A stretch of 64,000 bases of DNA from Amoebophrya sp. A120 (taxonomy: Eukaryota; Protista; Dinoflagellata), in contig CAJINV010000002.1 in NCBI GenBank assembly GCA_905178155.1, positions 1,029,809 to 1,093,808 of the forward strand, read 5' to 3'. The notes below the pieces were generated by a model that worked only from the letters and a program-made list of their open reading frames with translations, did no database searches and was not told the origin of the DNA. This document shows, piece after piece, positions 35,594-48,900 of the stretch (positions are counted from its first letter, which is position 1; each line of letters starts with the position of its first letter). The position numbers and the translations under genes were made by a program.

Positions 35594-37957
35594 TCAAACG
35601 GCAGAAGCGTTGGTTGCTGCACTTGACACTGCAGACAGCGTCGACAAGGAGGACAGGCCGCGCACTCTACTGTCTTGGCTTTCGTCTTCTACGTTGTTCC
35701 CTTGCTGTTGCTTGAACACACCTCCCGCTACTCCTATCGGGATGCGGTCGTGCTGTTTTGTCGCGGATAAAAATTCGCCACGATCTTGGTCCAGCCCCGT
35801 GCTGCGTAGTTGTTGACAATCTTTTCCGTTTTCATGCGGCCGGAACCTACTCCCCTTCCTCAACGTCCGGCCCGTCACTCCAGGAACCGGAGACGCTAAC
35901 CCCTCCGTTGTTACACTGTTGCAACTACTGGTCGGACTTGTTTCTTGTGCTGAAAAATCCCCCGTTCCTCCACCATGAGTATCTCTTTCGCCAAGAGCAG
36001 GCGCATCACTCTGTGGCCCGTCGTCCTCCTCCTCTTCCCAATGTTGCGCCTCACCGTCAGCAATCTCTGTGTGGAGAGGGCTGCTTGGCGGAGTGTTAGT
36101 ACTAGATATCCGAGGAAAAACAACTTCTGCGGTAGAGGAGGAAGCTAGTGCTGCCGGAGTAAAACCCGCTGTGCTGTAGTCAACGGCCTCAGGACTGCGA
36201 CTGCTTCTGTCGCTCAGAATGTGTCCTACACGAAAAAGATTCAAGTGCCGGAAACTTGGTTCTGGTAAATGTGAAGAGTGTTCCATCCGGTAGTTCTTCT
36301 TTTGGTTTTGGCGATTAGAAGACGAAGAGGACCCAGCTCCCGGTTCTTCCAGCGACGGTCTTCGCGCTAGATGTTTGGACACTTGTCGAATCACTTTGCT
36401 CTGTTGATCATGATCTTGAAGATCTTCGCTAGTTTTCGATGTATCATCTCCTGTAGTAGTTGCTCTCGTTGTGCTGTTCTTTGCCACACGTGGATCCTGA
36501 TGAAAAGGAGATGATGCTGCAGCTGCTTGTATCTCAACGTCCTCCAGTCGCACTTCGTCCTCTGCAATCCCCATGTGGTGCTTGTACTCTGCCACAATCT
36601 CGTCTATCGGTGTAGTCAATGACGCGGGATCATGATTCACCTCCACGACACTGCTCGTAGTACTAGTACCTTCATCAGCTGCGGCCGCTTCCACTTCGCC
36701 ACCGGTTGATGCTGTTCCACTTCCACCTCTCCCTGCCAAACCACTTACACCACCACGACCAGCACCAGGAGGTGCTCCTTTCAAAAACCGTTGCAACCCG
36801 CCGACGACAATTTTCACCCTTTCGTCCCGCTCCTTCCGTCGCCATTCCCGGTCAATCGCGTTTTTGTCAAAAACCAAAACGGAGGCGAGGGGGGTGGCGA
36901 AATGAACGTGTTTATTTTCATCTAGGTCCGCTGTGGCAACCGCAACCGCTGGTACGCTACAATCGCTTCTTGATTGTTCCATCTCGGTATCATCAACGGC
37001 AACAGCTGCACTTCGAATTGCAGCCTCCCTTCTGGCTCCCTTCATGCACGACCTCAGATCCGGAGGTGGAGGCGCGCATTTCACTACGACTTTGGCCGCC
37101 GGAGAGAATTCTACTTGTTCTGATAGCCGTGGTTCATCGATCTCTTCATCTCTAGCACTTTCCGACCGTCGTGCACGAGGAGACGCCGGCAACCTGTTGC
37201 CGCCGTTGCAACACGGTGGACTGCAAGGAAAGAAGGCCGCTCTGGGCCGATCATGATCTTCGTGTTCTTCTCGTGCAGCGTTGTGTGAAAGTGGTTTCTT
37301 GTTGATGCCCACTGAGCCTCCCGCCCGTCCGGATAGTGGTCTCCTCGTTGGTCGGAAATAGGGCGCTGTCAACCGATTTCCATTGGCCGAAACCAAGTTA
37401 TTTTTCCTCTGGCATAACGCAAAGTTGTCCACAGCGTCCGTACGGGGCGGGAACGGGTCTCGACTGATTGGAGTTCTCCCACGATGATGAAAAACGCCTG
37501 CATCTTGATGTTCTTCGCTGATCTTCTTCCCAAGTGTGTCTTTGTGCCGTCGAGTCCGGTCGAGAAGGAGCAGGGTGTCGCGGAGCCGCTTCTTCGCGAG
37601 TTCAAATTCGCTTTGTTGCACTCGCTTATGCACTTCCTTCTCGTGGTCATCGGTGTAATCATCATCTTCACTTAGTGCTGAGATAGCTCGTACCAATTCA
37701 GCGCTGCGGCTATCAGCATTATAATCTTCGAGGACAGCGGTGGAAAAATCCTCATTGATTCGCGCCTGCCGGCGAAGTGTGTATTGTGCTGGGTTGTACT
37801 CGCTCGCGGGTCCTGCATTGTATGCGTTTTGTGAAGAGGTAGCCGTCGACGATGCCGGTCGTGGAGTGGTATTGAGAAAGGAACTACCTTCGGCAGCGTG
37901 CAGGCGCTCCTCGCGTAGTGATGCAATTAGGAGGAGCAGGAGGCAGCGGCGAAACAT
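35594..37957 (-). CDS. Intronless 787-aa hypothetical protein with signal-peptide-like N-terminus
   Basis: Uninterrupted ORF starting MFRRCLLLLLIASL; mostly disordered; LRSCMK...KHVHFA motif pair. Confidence 0.75.
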   Translation of the reverse strand: MFRRCLLLLLIASLREERLHAAEGSSFLNTTPRPASSTATSSQNAYNAGPASEYNPAQYTLRRQARINEDFSTAVLEDYNADSRSAELVRAISALSEDDDYTDDHEKEVHKRVQQSEFELAKKRLRDTLLLLDRTRRHKDTLGKKISEEHQDAGVFHHRGRTPISRDPFPPRTDAVDNFALCQRKNNLVSANGNRLTAPYFRPTRRPLSGRAGGSVGINKKPLSHNAAREEHEDHDRPRAAFFPCSPPCCNGGNRLPASPRARRSESARDEEIDEPRLSEQVEFSPAAKVVVKCAPPPPDLRSCMKGARREAAIRSAAVAVDDTEMEQSRSDCSVPAVAVATADLDENKHVHFATPLASVLVFDKNAIDREWRRKERDERVKIVVGGLQRFLKGAPPGAGRGGVSGLAGRGGSGTASTGGEVEAAAADEGTSTTSSVVEVNHDPASLTTPIDEIVAEYKHHMGIAEDEVRLEDVEIQAAAASSPFHQDPRVAKNSTTRATTTGDDTSKTSEDLQDHDQQSKVIRQVSKHLARRPSLEEPGAGSSSSSNRQNQKKNYRMEHSSHLPEPSFRHLNLFRVGHILSDRSSRSPEAVDYSTAGFTPAALASSSTAEVVFPRISSTNTPPSSPLHTEIADGEAQHWEEEEDDGPQSDAPALGERDTHGGGTGDFSAQETSPTSSCNSVTTEGLASPVPGVTGRTLRKGSRFRPHENGKDCQQLRSTGLDQDRGEFLSATKQHDRIPIGVAGGVFKQQQGNNVEDESQDSRVRGLSSLSTLSAVSSAATNASAV

Positions 37958-38659
37958 CTCCCATGCGCCGATGAAACAAGCTGCGCGGACAACTTACTAC
38001 TGCAGCGCCGTTTGCAGTGGATTTGGTTTTGCCGTGAAGCCCGCCTCCTATGGATGAAGCGGTGGTGGGGCAGCAGGATTTATCCCCCTTGCACGCAACG
38101 GCGGCAGAACCAGAAAGAGACGTAAAAAAGAAAGTCGCACGAAATGGAGAAAGAACGAACACGAAGATGCCACCGGAGTTGGAACCTACATCAAGACCTC
38201 TGGGATCGTTGCATCGTTTGGGCGTGGCTTAGCCCATGGTCGTTTTGAAAATGGGTTTGTGCGGGCTTGGGCATGCAAGGATCAATTTCTGATGCGGCTT
38301 TTTGTTCATGATCATGGTGGTCTGCTCATTGCTTTTTCATAACCGGGCGACCCCACGATCGCGCTTTTAAGTGTTGCAATGCTTAATACGCATCATGCCC
38401 ACAATGGACTAACTATCCTGAACACAGAAACAGATGAAGACCAGATGACGCGACTCACCGAGCGGAGCCTTTATCTATTTCATTCCCCCGCACGCCGGTG
38501 GCGCAACTGGCTGCCAGCATTGCATCGAAACACCGATCAACAGAGGAGGGGCGCAGGGCTCAATAATGGAAACACAATCACTCAGATGCAGGTGGAGGGC
38601 AACCTGCGTACTTTCCCCATGAGACGGTCGGCGCCCATCCATGCATCTGTCACCAAGCA

Positions 38660-39510
38660 GGCAGCCGTGCCGTGGCGCGCGGCGCAGTAGAACACCGCTC
38701 GCACGCAACACCGAGGCCCGGCCGCCTTGATGCTGGGTAGGCTGCTGGGGGGCGGGAGACCCAAACAATCACTCATGGGGCAGGCACACGCCCGCCCGCG
38801 CGCCAATCGCTGGGCCAGGCGCACACCTGCCAACACAATGCCGCGCGGGCAACGGGCCGCCCGGCCCCTCCCAACCGCCACACACGAGTCGGCAAACTGA
38901 CCCGGAACACAACCCGGGCACACTGCCGAACAAACACGGCCCGCCCGGGTGCGCGGGCGCTGCAGCCACCGGCGGCCTGCTGCCGGTCCGGTCGGCGCCT
39001 TGGCGGGTCCATGGCGCCACCCAAAGGGCAGCCGGGCGCGGTCGCACTTGGGTAGGCGGCAACCGGCCCGCCCGAGGCCCACGGCGATAAAAAAACCGGG
39101 CGCGCGTCGGATCGCGATACTATGGCGCTTCTGTCTCTACTTGGCCGAGCTTAGAAAGCCGAGCGCTAGCCAATTTGGGGGGCGGCGAGGTTCTTTCTGA
39201 CATCGCGGGGTGTAAGTGCATTGCTTTGCTGTGCACATGCCCCACAAGGGTAGGCGCAGACCGTCCCCGCCGATTGCGTCGGCTTTGCTGCGCGGCTGGG
39301 GTTATGGCGCTGCGGCGCTCGCTTTTGCTGCGCTCACAATGCGCGCCGTCTCCCAAACACCCGGCGGCGGGTCGCGGCGGGGGTCGCCTGCGACTTGCGC
39401 CGGGGCACACGGGGAGAAGAGAGGAACCCCGAAAGCGTTCGCGACTCCCCAGGTGCGCACGCTGCGTCTCCTTCCGGGCACGCCCGACGCAGCCTTGAAG
39501 CAGCCGCCAC
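38660..39510. promoter_or_regulatory. GC/CpG-rich intergenic island
   Basis: Composition and position. Confidence 0.45.
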
Positions 39511-39901
39511 ATGTTGCTACTGTTATCTCTGTGCGCTCGTACTCTCAAAGAATTTGCTTTTACGTTTACTGGGCACGTCACCTCTCGCTCTCCCAGGTCC
39601 GCCATTCACTCCAAGAAACTCCCGTCAGCGATGAACAACCACATATTATAAGACAGCGCATGACTGGCTCTGGCTCCCTTCGCTTTCGCAATCAACTTCA
39701 ACGAAGACGCTCGCATCAACTAGAAGTCCTCGATACCTACCTCACTCTAAATCCGAACTTTTCCGGACAAATTTCGGATTTTCAACATTGTACACTCACA
39801 GCTATAGTAAGTTCTCAGCCTTGTACTCGGAAAAAACATAAGGAGCAGGCTCGTCAGATAAAAACAAAAACTCTACAGCAGAACTCATCAAACTTGATGG
39901 T

Positions 39902-42900
39902 CTACACCTTCACCACAACAGACCTCCTCCGCGCGGGGGTCAAACGGACCAAGAAGATTACGGCAACCGCACCCAAAAGTAAAACGACCGGGAAGAAGAG
40001 AGAATCATATACTGTTCCTGTTGGGCTTGTGTTAGAATAAATTGAAAGCTTAGCGATCCCGTTGGTGCTTGTTGCTGTACTTCTATCGGATTCGTATCTA
40101 CTCCGCGGGGTCGACGAAGCAGAAAAAGAACTTTCCACCTGGTGCGAGGACGTGGCCCTGTACTGCTGCAACAACAGCGCCCCAGAATCCTCTCCTGAAG
40201 TATACGGGAGGGGCACCTGGTGCTGCAGATGCTCCCCCGGTAACGGTAAGGCTTCAAGAGCCTGCGTGCTCGTCGAGTCCTCAACCGTCAGAAAAGATGA
40301 TCTTCCTGCCTGTCCTTGTTGCGGTTCTAGTTGTCCCGCTAGCTGCATCAAGTGACCTCCACAAGCATCATCCTCAACTTCGTCCTTATTGCCACCGTCA
40401 GAAGCTCCGACCACTGTGCTGCTTCCATCTACAACTTTAGCCCCGCTGCCAGGAGTTCCTGTAGTACCTCCTGCTCCGTCAAACAGAACGTAGCCCAGGT
40501 CCAACACCTCGTCTCCGTGCGTGTGAATCAACCAGTTCGCAAACGCGTCAAAAGATTCCGCGTTGTACACGGGACAGGACGGAAAGCTAAACGTCTGGAA
40601 CCAAGGAGGAAAAAAACCTGTTGAGTCCAGCAGATAGGCTCTGTGCCGACCATTTCGCCGGCTTCTCCGCAACACAGACAAGTCGGTCATGCGCGATTCT
40701 TCCTCGTCCACGATGCCCTCACCGTAGTTCTGTTTCAAGGGAAACATGCGATTTTTCGGCGTCACCGCACCACCGGTCAGCACAGCATTTTCCCACACGG
40801 CCTGACTCCGAATCCGGCAATAGCGGTAGGTGGGGTCAGCGAGGTGGTGGTTTTGGTGTTTGTTTTTAATTTTACCTTCCGCGTGGAGGTCTACTGTGGT
40901 AGTAGTACTTGTTGCGACCTTATTTCCTTGTTGTCCAAGGTACTTTGAGATTCTGAAGAACATCTGCCCGAGGTCTACCCTTTGCGCGGGAAGCATGTAG
41001 ATTGGCGGGGTCCAGGCAGAGAAACGGCGTGCGTCGTCGTGTGGTGTCGGAATATCATTTAGAGCCTATGCATTGTAAAAATGTCTGGGTCTGGAAGATT
41101 GCAAGATTTGTCATGCACATTTTCCATGACCCATGACGTTTGTCTTTGTGATGCATGCCGTAGCATCACAGCCTTTGAGAGCGCTTTGTGATACCTCTAC
41201 CGCATGAGAAATGCCCTCTCCGCGTAGCACAAACTGGAGTCCTCTTGCTGGTCATGCAATGCAAATTGTTTCAGAATCCAGGGACAGTATCACAAGTTTA
41301 GAATGTTCCAGACCCAGACATTTTTACGTTTGATAGAGCCAAGACGGTAACCACTCTCGCCGCGTAATCAACGGGGCAAAGCCGGGACATAGTAGGGCGT
41401 GGTGCTTGCCTAGTATGTTCGCTATTTTCATTCCCTGCAATAAAAGCTGCTGGCATCCCGGGTGGAAACGATGCTTGTGCTTGTGGTTCGGTTCCTGTTT
41501 GTCCCGCATGCTGCTCGCCGTTGTAAAAAGCCCCTAGCTGCATAGTGCCCGCCACGTACCGCACAAACCAATCTTCGTAGTTCGCAGCCCCCGTGTCCGT
41601 CGCAAAGCCGAGCATGCCACTGCGCAAAACCTTGCTGCTTCGTGGACCGCGCGTTTCCAGAAGCGGGAATTGTGGTCGTGGAGGTGTTGACACGTTTTCT
41701 AAAAATGTTTCCGATTCTTGAGCTTGTTCTTCCGATGCGAGTCTGATCGCTTCCAGCACGAGCTCTTCCCCAACCCATTTCGACACCGCGTAGCCGTTGT
41801 CATCTTCCGGAAGATTTGTTGTACTCCCCACGTCCTTTCCCGAAAGTCGATTCTGTGGCAAGGGGCCGAGGGTTTCATCGTAGTCCTGCTGAACGAGGCG
41901 AGGAGGACCTTCCGCATCTTTATCTTTTCGAAACCGTTGCAGGCCGTCCACACTGACCGTCGACACAAACAGCAGTGTGTTCTTCTTGAAGTCTGCTGGC
42001 AAGAAGGTTGTACTTTATGCATTGCAAATATGTCTGGGTCTGGGAGGATGCGAACTTGTCATGCTGGATCGTACAAACATTTGTGTTGCATGACTACCAA
42101 AACCTGTCCATTTTGAGCAAGTTTAGAGGCAGTTTGTCATGCAGGATAGGCATGATAGGGACGTCGCAGAACCTGTCATGCTAGGTCCTGCATTCCAAAA
42201 CTCATGGGGCATGGAAAATATGCATGAGAAGTTTGCATTCTTCCAGACCCAGATATTTTTGCATTTGGTATACTTAGCAGCCCGACATCAAGATCTTCTA
42301 CATGCCCCGCCATCTTCACAATCTCGCGAGTGGCGACCACGTTGCCCTGCCGTAAAGATTTGTAGGGGAGTAAATGGTCCACTTTTGCGCCGCTGTGGAT
42401 AAAGGTGTCGCAGTTGTTCCTAATTTCTCGGAACATTTCGTCCGAGATGCACAGCCGCGGGCCGTCGCACGCCAGGTCTCCCTCGACGGGGATGACACGG
42501 TTGGCGAATTGTGTTTTTGTCAACTGAGTAGAATCACTCGACGTCGTGTAGAGAAACCGCTTCTGCACATCGTACAGACGGTCGAGAAGGAGGGATGAAG
42601 AGGAGCGATCCTCCTGCCCCCCTTCGGTGGTGGATGTGTCTTGCGTATAATCAACTACCATCTTCTGCGGGCCGCGCCGGCTGGGCCTCACAAGCGCGTA
42701 CACTTTCCGATTTTTGTAGTTGTCACTCCTCAAAACGTCCCGTAAAACCGCACTTCCCAGGAAGCCAGAGCCTCCGGTGAGAAAGATCCCGTTGCGATCT
42801 TCATTTATTGGTGGCGCACCTCCATGTTGATGCTCCTGTGGCTGCTGTTGATGTTTGGGGAGCGAGTAGAGCGACTTGGAGTTTTTGCTCACCTTCTCCT

Positions 42901-45900
42901 GATCTACAGCGTTCTTGCTTATCTCCTCGATGGAGTCGTTGTGGTCCCCCGGCGGTGCATCATGATCATCTCCGAAAATATTAAAGTCTTCCGCACGCCA
43001 AGAGGTTTCCCTTTCCCAGTCGTAGTTCCGCTTGTTGTTGGCCGCTGGTGTTGCCATCATCCTAACAGGCTCAACATCTTCCCCAGCTCCATCTTTCTTT
43101 CGCAGTTCCTTCTTCACGAGCTTTGCCACGTTAGCCAACGACGGTACCGGGCTCGTCGCTCCACTCGTTCCGCTGCATAACAACAGATCCCTCACGCTCA
43201 GTTCCGACAGACCAAAGTGGCGCTTGATCTTGCCCTGGAGCTGAATCATGCCGAGAGAATCAAAATTTGGACCGATTTCTGCTTCCCAAGCGGCTTCCAG
43301 TTGTTGTAAAGTAGCAGTAGTTGTAGTTGGTCCTTCTGCATCATCAGAAACGAGTATTTCATCGGGGTCATCTCCTGGGTCTGCTTTCATTTTCACCGCG
43401 TCGTCCAAAAGCTTTGTTAGCTTCGACACTTGCTGGTCTTCGCGCACTATGCATTGCAAAAGTATCGCACTCGTTTAACTGCATTACAAATTTCCACCTC
43501 AGCATGAGCAATAAAATTTGTCATGCGGATTTCCCTTACGTAATGCATGACTGCAATTGCTACGAGTACGATACTTTTGCACAGGATACGCATCCTAGTC
43601 TTTCTCGCTACATCTTCCAGTAAACCATCCAACTTCTCCTCGTACTTCGCCCGAATCTTCGGCCGGGCTTGCTTCCCCGGGCCGGTGAGAAGGTGGTTTT
43701 GCAATGTGAAAGTCGCGTCTTCTTCCGTGTCCAGATAAAAAGCCTATCCTGTGCAAAAGTATCGTATTCGTACCAATCGCATTCATGCATTACAAATTTA
43801 TTTCTTTCTCAAATTGAATCCGCATTACAACAAATTCCATTTCTCATGTTGAGGAGATTTGTCATGCGATTTATACTAGTACGATGCTTTTGCAGTTCAT
43901 AAAGCCTTCGGGTACTCAAAAGTTCGGAGTTGCGTACTTGCGCCGTCTGGATTCAAATCGTCGTGGTCGTCCGCGGACAACATCGTTTTCATATCCCTAG
44001 CAGAGAGTGCCGTTGAAAATGAAAACATCATGTTTCCGGCGTAGTTAATATCCTTTTTATTCGAGTAAATCTGTAGCTCGCGATCCTGCTTCAACGCATT
44101 TTTCATGATGCGCAGGATCGGGTCGGAGATTCGCATCAGTTGCCGCTCGATTTGGTGCTGCAATGACCGTATCAAATGTAAAAGTGTCTGGGTCTGGAAA
44201 CTTGTGATGCTAAAATGTGCATAATAAAAACACTTCCGAATGCAGTTCGGCATGACAACTTCCCAAAACGCTTTCTCATAGGCAATCCGCATGAGAAGCT
44301 GCGTCTTTGCATGCAAAAGAGGCTGCGACTTTTGTTGGTTATGCAACACAGATTTTCTAGGCATGGAAAGCTAGCATTACAAGTTCCAACCTTCCAGACC
44401 CAGACATTTTTACAATCCATAGACCGTTTTTGTAGTTCGACTTCGTTTGCACCTCCAGGAGGCTGATGTACTTCTATCGGTTTATTTGACGGTATCATCA
44501 CCGCAACCACGCTGTCGTGCTCGCTGTCTCCATGCACGAAAATCTGCTTGATCTGCGGAATTCTTTGCAACAAATACTGCTCGACTTTCTCCGGCGAGAC
44601 CCACTCCCCGTTGGACAGTTTGAAGAAACTGCTCTTCCGGTCAATCACCTCTAAAAGCCGGGCGCCGGTGGATTTGTCAACCGTCAGGTGCCCAATGTCC
44701 CCGGTCGCGAAAAACTTCTTCTGGACTTTCTTGTTCCCTCCTGGGTCGTCATGATTTGTAGTCCACAGCGTGACAAACGCCTCTTGGTTCAAATCCTCCC
44801 GATTCAGATAGCCCTGAAACAGGGTCTTAGTATGGACCAGAATTTCCCCGAAGCCCTCAGCCGCTTTGTACTCGCCCCAGTCGCGCAGCTGCACATCCAC
44901 GTCGTCCTCCAACCGGTTGTCCTTCCCGTATGTGATCGGGCCCGCTTCCGTGGACGCGTAGTTCTCGGTGACGGTGGCGAATTCGCCAAAAACTTGCTTC
45001 AAAAATCCTTGTACTTCCGGCTGCGGCTTCGCACCCCCGGTATTCAACGCACTGACCCGCCGTCCCAACTTTTTGCGGAACCTGTCAAGGAGATGCTGAC
45101 CTTGGGCCGTTTTGAGAAGTTCGTCTACTCCACCAGGCGTAGAAGTAATACTAGAAGTCGGAGGACGAATACTAGTTGTTAATGCATCCTCCGACTTCTT
45201 TTTCTCCCCCAACTCTGCCAGTTCATCGAGAAATTCCGTGTACAACGGCCTCCAAACGGCCGGCACCTCAGAGACAGCATCCGGCTCGACTTCGGTCATG
45301 TGCGAGAACAGTATGACAGTGCACAACTCCCCCTCCCCCTTATTTGTATTGCGCGAACACCAATACAAACACTAGCACACGTGCATCCTGTGCATGACAA
45401 GTTCATGCGCCCAGTGTAGTACTGTAGTTTGGGCTTCCAAAATTTCAATTTGTGCTTAATGCAAACAGTGCCACAAGGCGAAGGCAGCAATTGGATTTGG
45501 GATTTTGCATCACAAATGAGGGGGAGGGGGAGTTGTGCACTCTCATAAACAGCTGCCCTGGGTCCGGTAGAAACGCGTACCGGGAGCCTTGTCTGATTGC
45601 GGAGGCGATTCCGTAGAGGAACGAGCTGACGTGAACCGGCGTTTTGGACGCAAAGACGGAACTCATGGTATCGAAGTAGAGGAGAGACCGGTAGGACTCC
45701 CTCGCAGTAGAAGAAGTGCTGGTCCTCTCGTATGCAATGCAAAAGCATCGTACTCGTATAAATGCATTACAAATTTCCTCAGCATGAAAAACGAAATTTG
45801 TAATGCTGATTTGCCTCAAGAGAGAGATTTGTAATGCATGACTGCAATTACTACGAGTACGATACTTTTGCACAGGATATTTCGAACAAGCCTGGGTCGG

Positions 45901-48900
45901 GTAGTCCGGGGAGAATTGTCTCTTGCTTGAACGTATGAACTGCAAAAGCATCGCACAACTCGTACTAATTGCTTTTCTGCATTACAAATTTTTTTCCTAA
46001 GGTAAATCCGCATGACAAATCTTATTTCTCATGCTGAGGGAATTTGTAATGCATTTATACGAGTACGATACTTTTGCAGCTCATAGAACGTTTCCTGTGT
46101 CTGAATCGCCCCCTTCGGCTTGGCGCCGCTAGACCCCGAGGTATAGAGCAGGCACGAGATGTCCTCCGGTAGCACGCGGCACTCCGGCTTTCGGATATGG
46201 AAGCGTCAGGCTCGAACTCGACAAAATCGAAAAAATTTGTGATGCATAAAATCGATACCAGTTGGAAGCCAAGCCCAATTTTCAAGCGGTGCGTGACAAA
46301 TTTCGGCACCGTCAAAATCCAGTCTGTCGTGCTGTTTGGGGACAGTAGGCGCCTTTTGTCATGCTACTTTAGCAGCTCTATCGCAGACCCCAAACAGGCT
46401 GACAGTCGGCCTCGTTTTCCATGCCTGCAAGAGAGGCGCTCCATGCCTTGCAATTTATGCATGAGAAAGTATTTCAACTTTGTCGATTTCAATCCTGACA
46501 CTTCCATATCGAAAGAGAAACTCGTACTGTTCATGATCGGGATCACTAAAAGCAGCATTTTGAATATCCAAGAAAAAAACATTGTTAGTGTAAATTTGTG
46601 ATGCAAAACCTGCAAAATAATTGCGGCTGTCATGCTGATGTGCATTGCAAGGTCCATTCAAGCGCGTTTTCACGTACAATCTATGCATGACAGGTTTTTG
46701 CTCTCATGCGAGACAGATTTGTAATGCTGTTCCTCCAAAAAAGTTACAGCTACAATCTTTTTTTCCTGGATATTGAAAAGACTTGTCGGAAATGATGTCT
46801 GTGTACTTCAGGATTTGCGGTTCTGACTCTGACTCCACGCCGGAAAAGATGTTCGTCAGCTGTTCTTGCGGCTTCTGATACAGACGCTGATCCTCCTCGG
46901 CGGAAACAGCAGGAGGTGTACCAATAACAATGAGTTTGACCTGCTGCAGAAGTGCGGTATTGTTGTTGTCGCCTCCTGTTGTACTTCTGCTATAATTCTC
47001 CCTGATGATGTCGCTGAATTTTTCCAACGCTTCGCCACCCGGGACGAAGACGGCAGTTAACTCTGCCTCTTCCATGACGTGTTTCAAAACACTTTTCTCC
47101 GCATGGTGGGAGAGCCCGACAAAGGTGATGCCGGAAATTTATGGCGTTCTCAACTGTTACATTCTCAACTGTTACGTGGATTTGTGATGCTGGAATGGCA
47201 AAAGGGAAAGGCCGGAGCTTGCAACTCTTGCATTACAAATTTGGCCAAGATATCCATGCTGTTTAGCTATTCCAAAATTTCTCATGCGAAGTAGCTTCGC
47301 CGTGCGGTGCTTGATGCTCATTTTGCATGACAAATCGTGTAACAGTTGAGAATGTAAGGTTTGAGAACGCCATAAAATTAAGCTTGCCACCGCGGCCACC
47401 GCTGCGTGCTCGAGCTGCCGTGCGGTTGCCGTCGCGAAGTCGCCACTGTAAATCCCGACGCGGATCTTCTTGTAGTGGTCGTGACAGGATTCACTTGTAG
47501 AGGACATCTTCAAGTCCCTGCCCCCTAAGCGAAGATCAAGATTCTCATCTTCTCCTAGTGAAGACAAGCTTAGCTCCCTTTTCAGGCTTCTTTCGAAGAA
47601 CGCAACCAACTTCAAGGCCTCGTCGAATACATCAGCGTAGGACTTCCAATGCCAATTCAGCTGGCCGCGCAGGTGGTCCTTGTACTGGTGGAGGTCTTCA
47701 TGTGCGAGTAAACCGACTTTATCTTCGAGGATGGTCGTCCTTCTAGTCTTGATATTTTGATGTCCACTTGATGCACTTGATGCCCCGTCAAACAGTTCTC
47801 GTCCTTCTTGCGCGCGAAAGCCAAACAACGGTCTAGGCCCGGCCGAAGCGCGGACAATTTCCCGCATGGCGGTGTAAAGGCCCTGCTGCATCGTCCCCGT
47901 TGTCCAGTCAGCTGGTCGTCCTCCTTCTATCAGAGTGCACAACCCGTCCCCCGTTCATCCCTCATTTGTCATGCAAAACCCCAAACCCAAGTGCATCCCT
48001 GTGGCACTGTCTGCATGACAGATTCCGGTCGGAAGTCCAAACAATAGCAATACTCCACTAGGCGCATGAATTTGTGATGCACCGGCTCCACGTGTGCTGG
48101 TGTTTGTCTTGCTGCTCATGCAACACAGATGAGGGAGACAGAGGGGGCGAAGTTGTGCACTCTCATACCCCCGAGACTCGTGCTAATAGCCACCTGCGTT
48201 TCGATCAGAAACTTGGAAGGCGGTGTGAGAGATAGGAGTCGTGGTGGTGATGTTGAGGTGCTGTGGTCGTGCGCTGGCGTAATGGTCTGAGCAAGTAGAT
48301 TGTAGTTATGATGATTCTTGATCCCCCCGGCGGCCCCCAACACCGCCGCAATAGAACTTGTTCCTGCGCGGCAGCCGGTACTAGAATAATAAGTACCGTC
48401 ATAATTCCAGCTACTGTTGTTTCCGTCGCCAGTACCCATATCCAACAAAGTCTTCACGGGCAGGGACAAAGTTTCTCTGCTGGCGGCATGGTAAACGTCG
48501 ATCAACGCGTCGGTATGTTGAAATTTCAGCTTCATGATTTCTTCCTCGTTTTTTAACCTCAGCGAACTCTTGTTGGCCTTTTCGTACTTGCTCCAAATCT
48601 CGTTCGGAACCCAGGCACTGGACACAATCGTCAACAGGTTGTAGTCCTGAAGAGGGCTGTGATAGGCCGGAAACCGCATGGCTGTTCGATAAGGCCGCTG
48701 TATGGAGGTGTCAGGCGTTGGACATTTTTTCCAAAGTTGAAAAACCTTGCAGTTGCAACAGCAACTGACAAAACGCAACACGCAAGATAAAATTTGCCTG
48801 TGTAGTTGCTACAATAAAACGAAAACCAACCTGGTGGCAGATTGTGGTAGTGGATGTTGGGGAAGATCTTCGTGCTGCAGAGCATCTACAAGAAGAGCTC

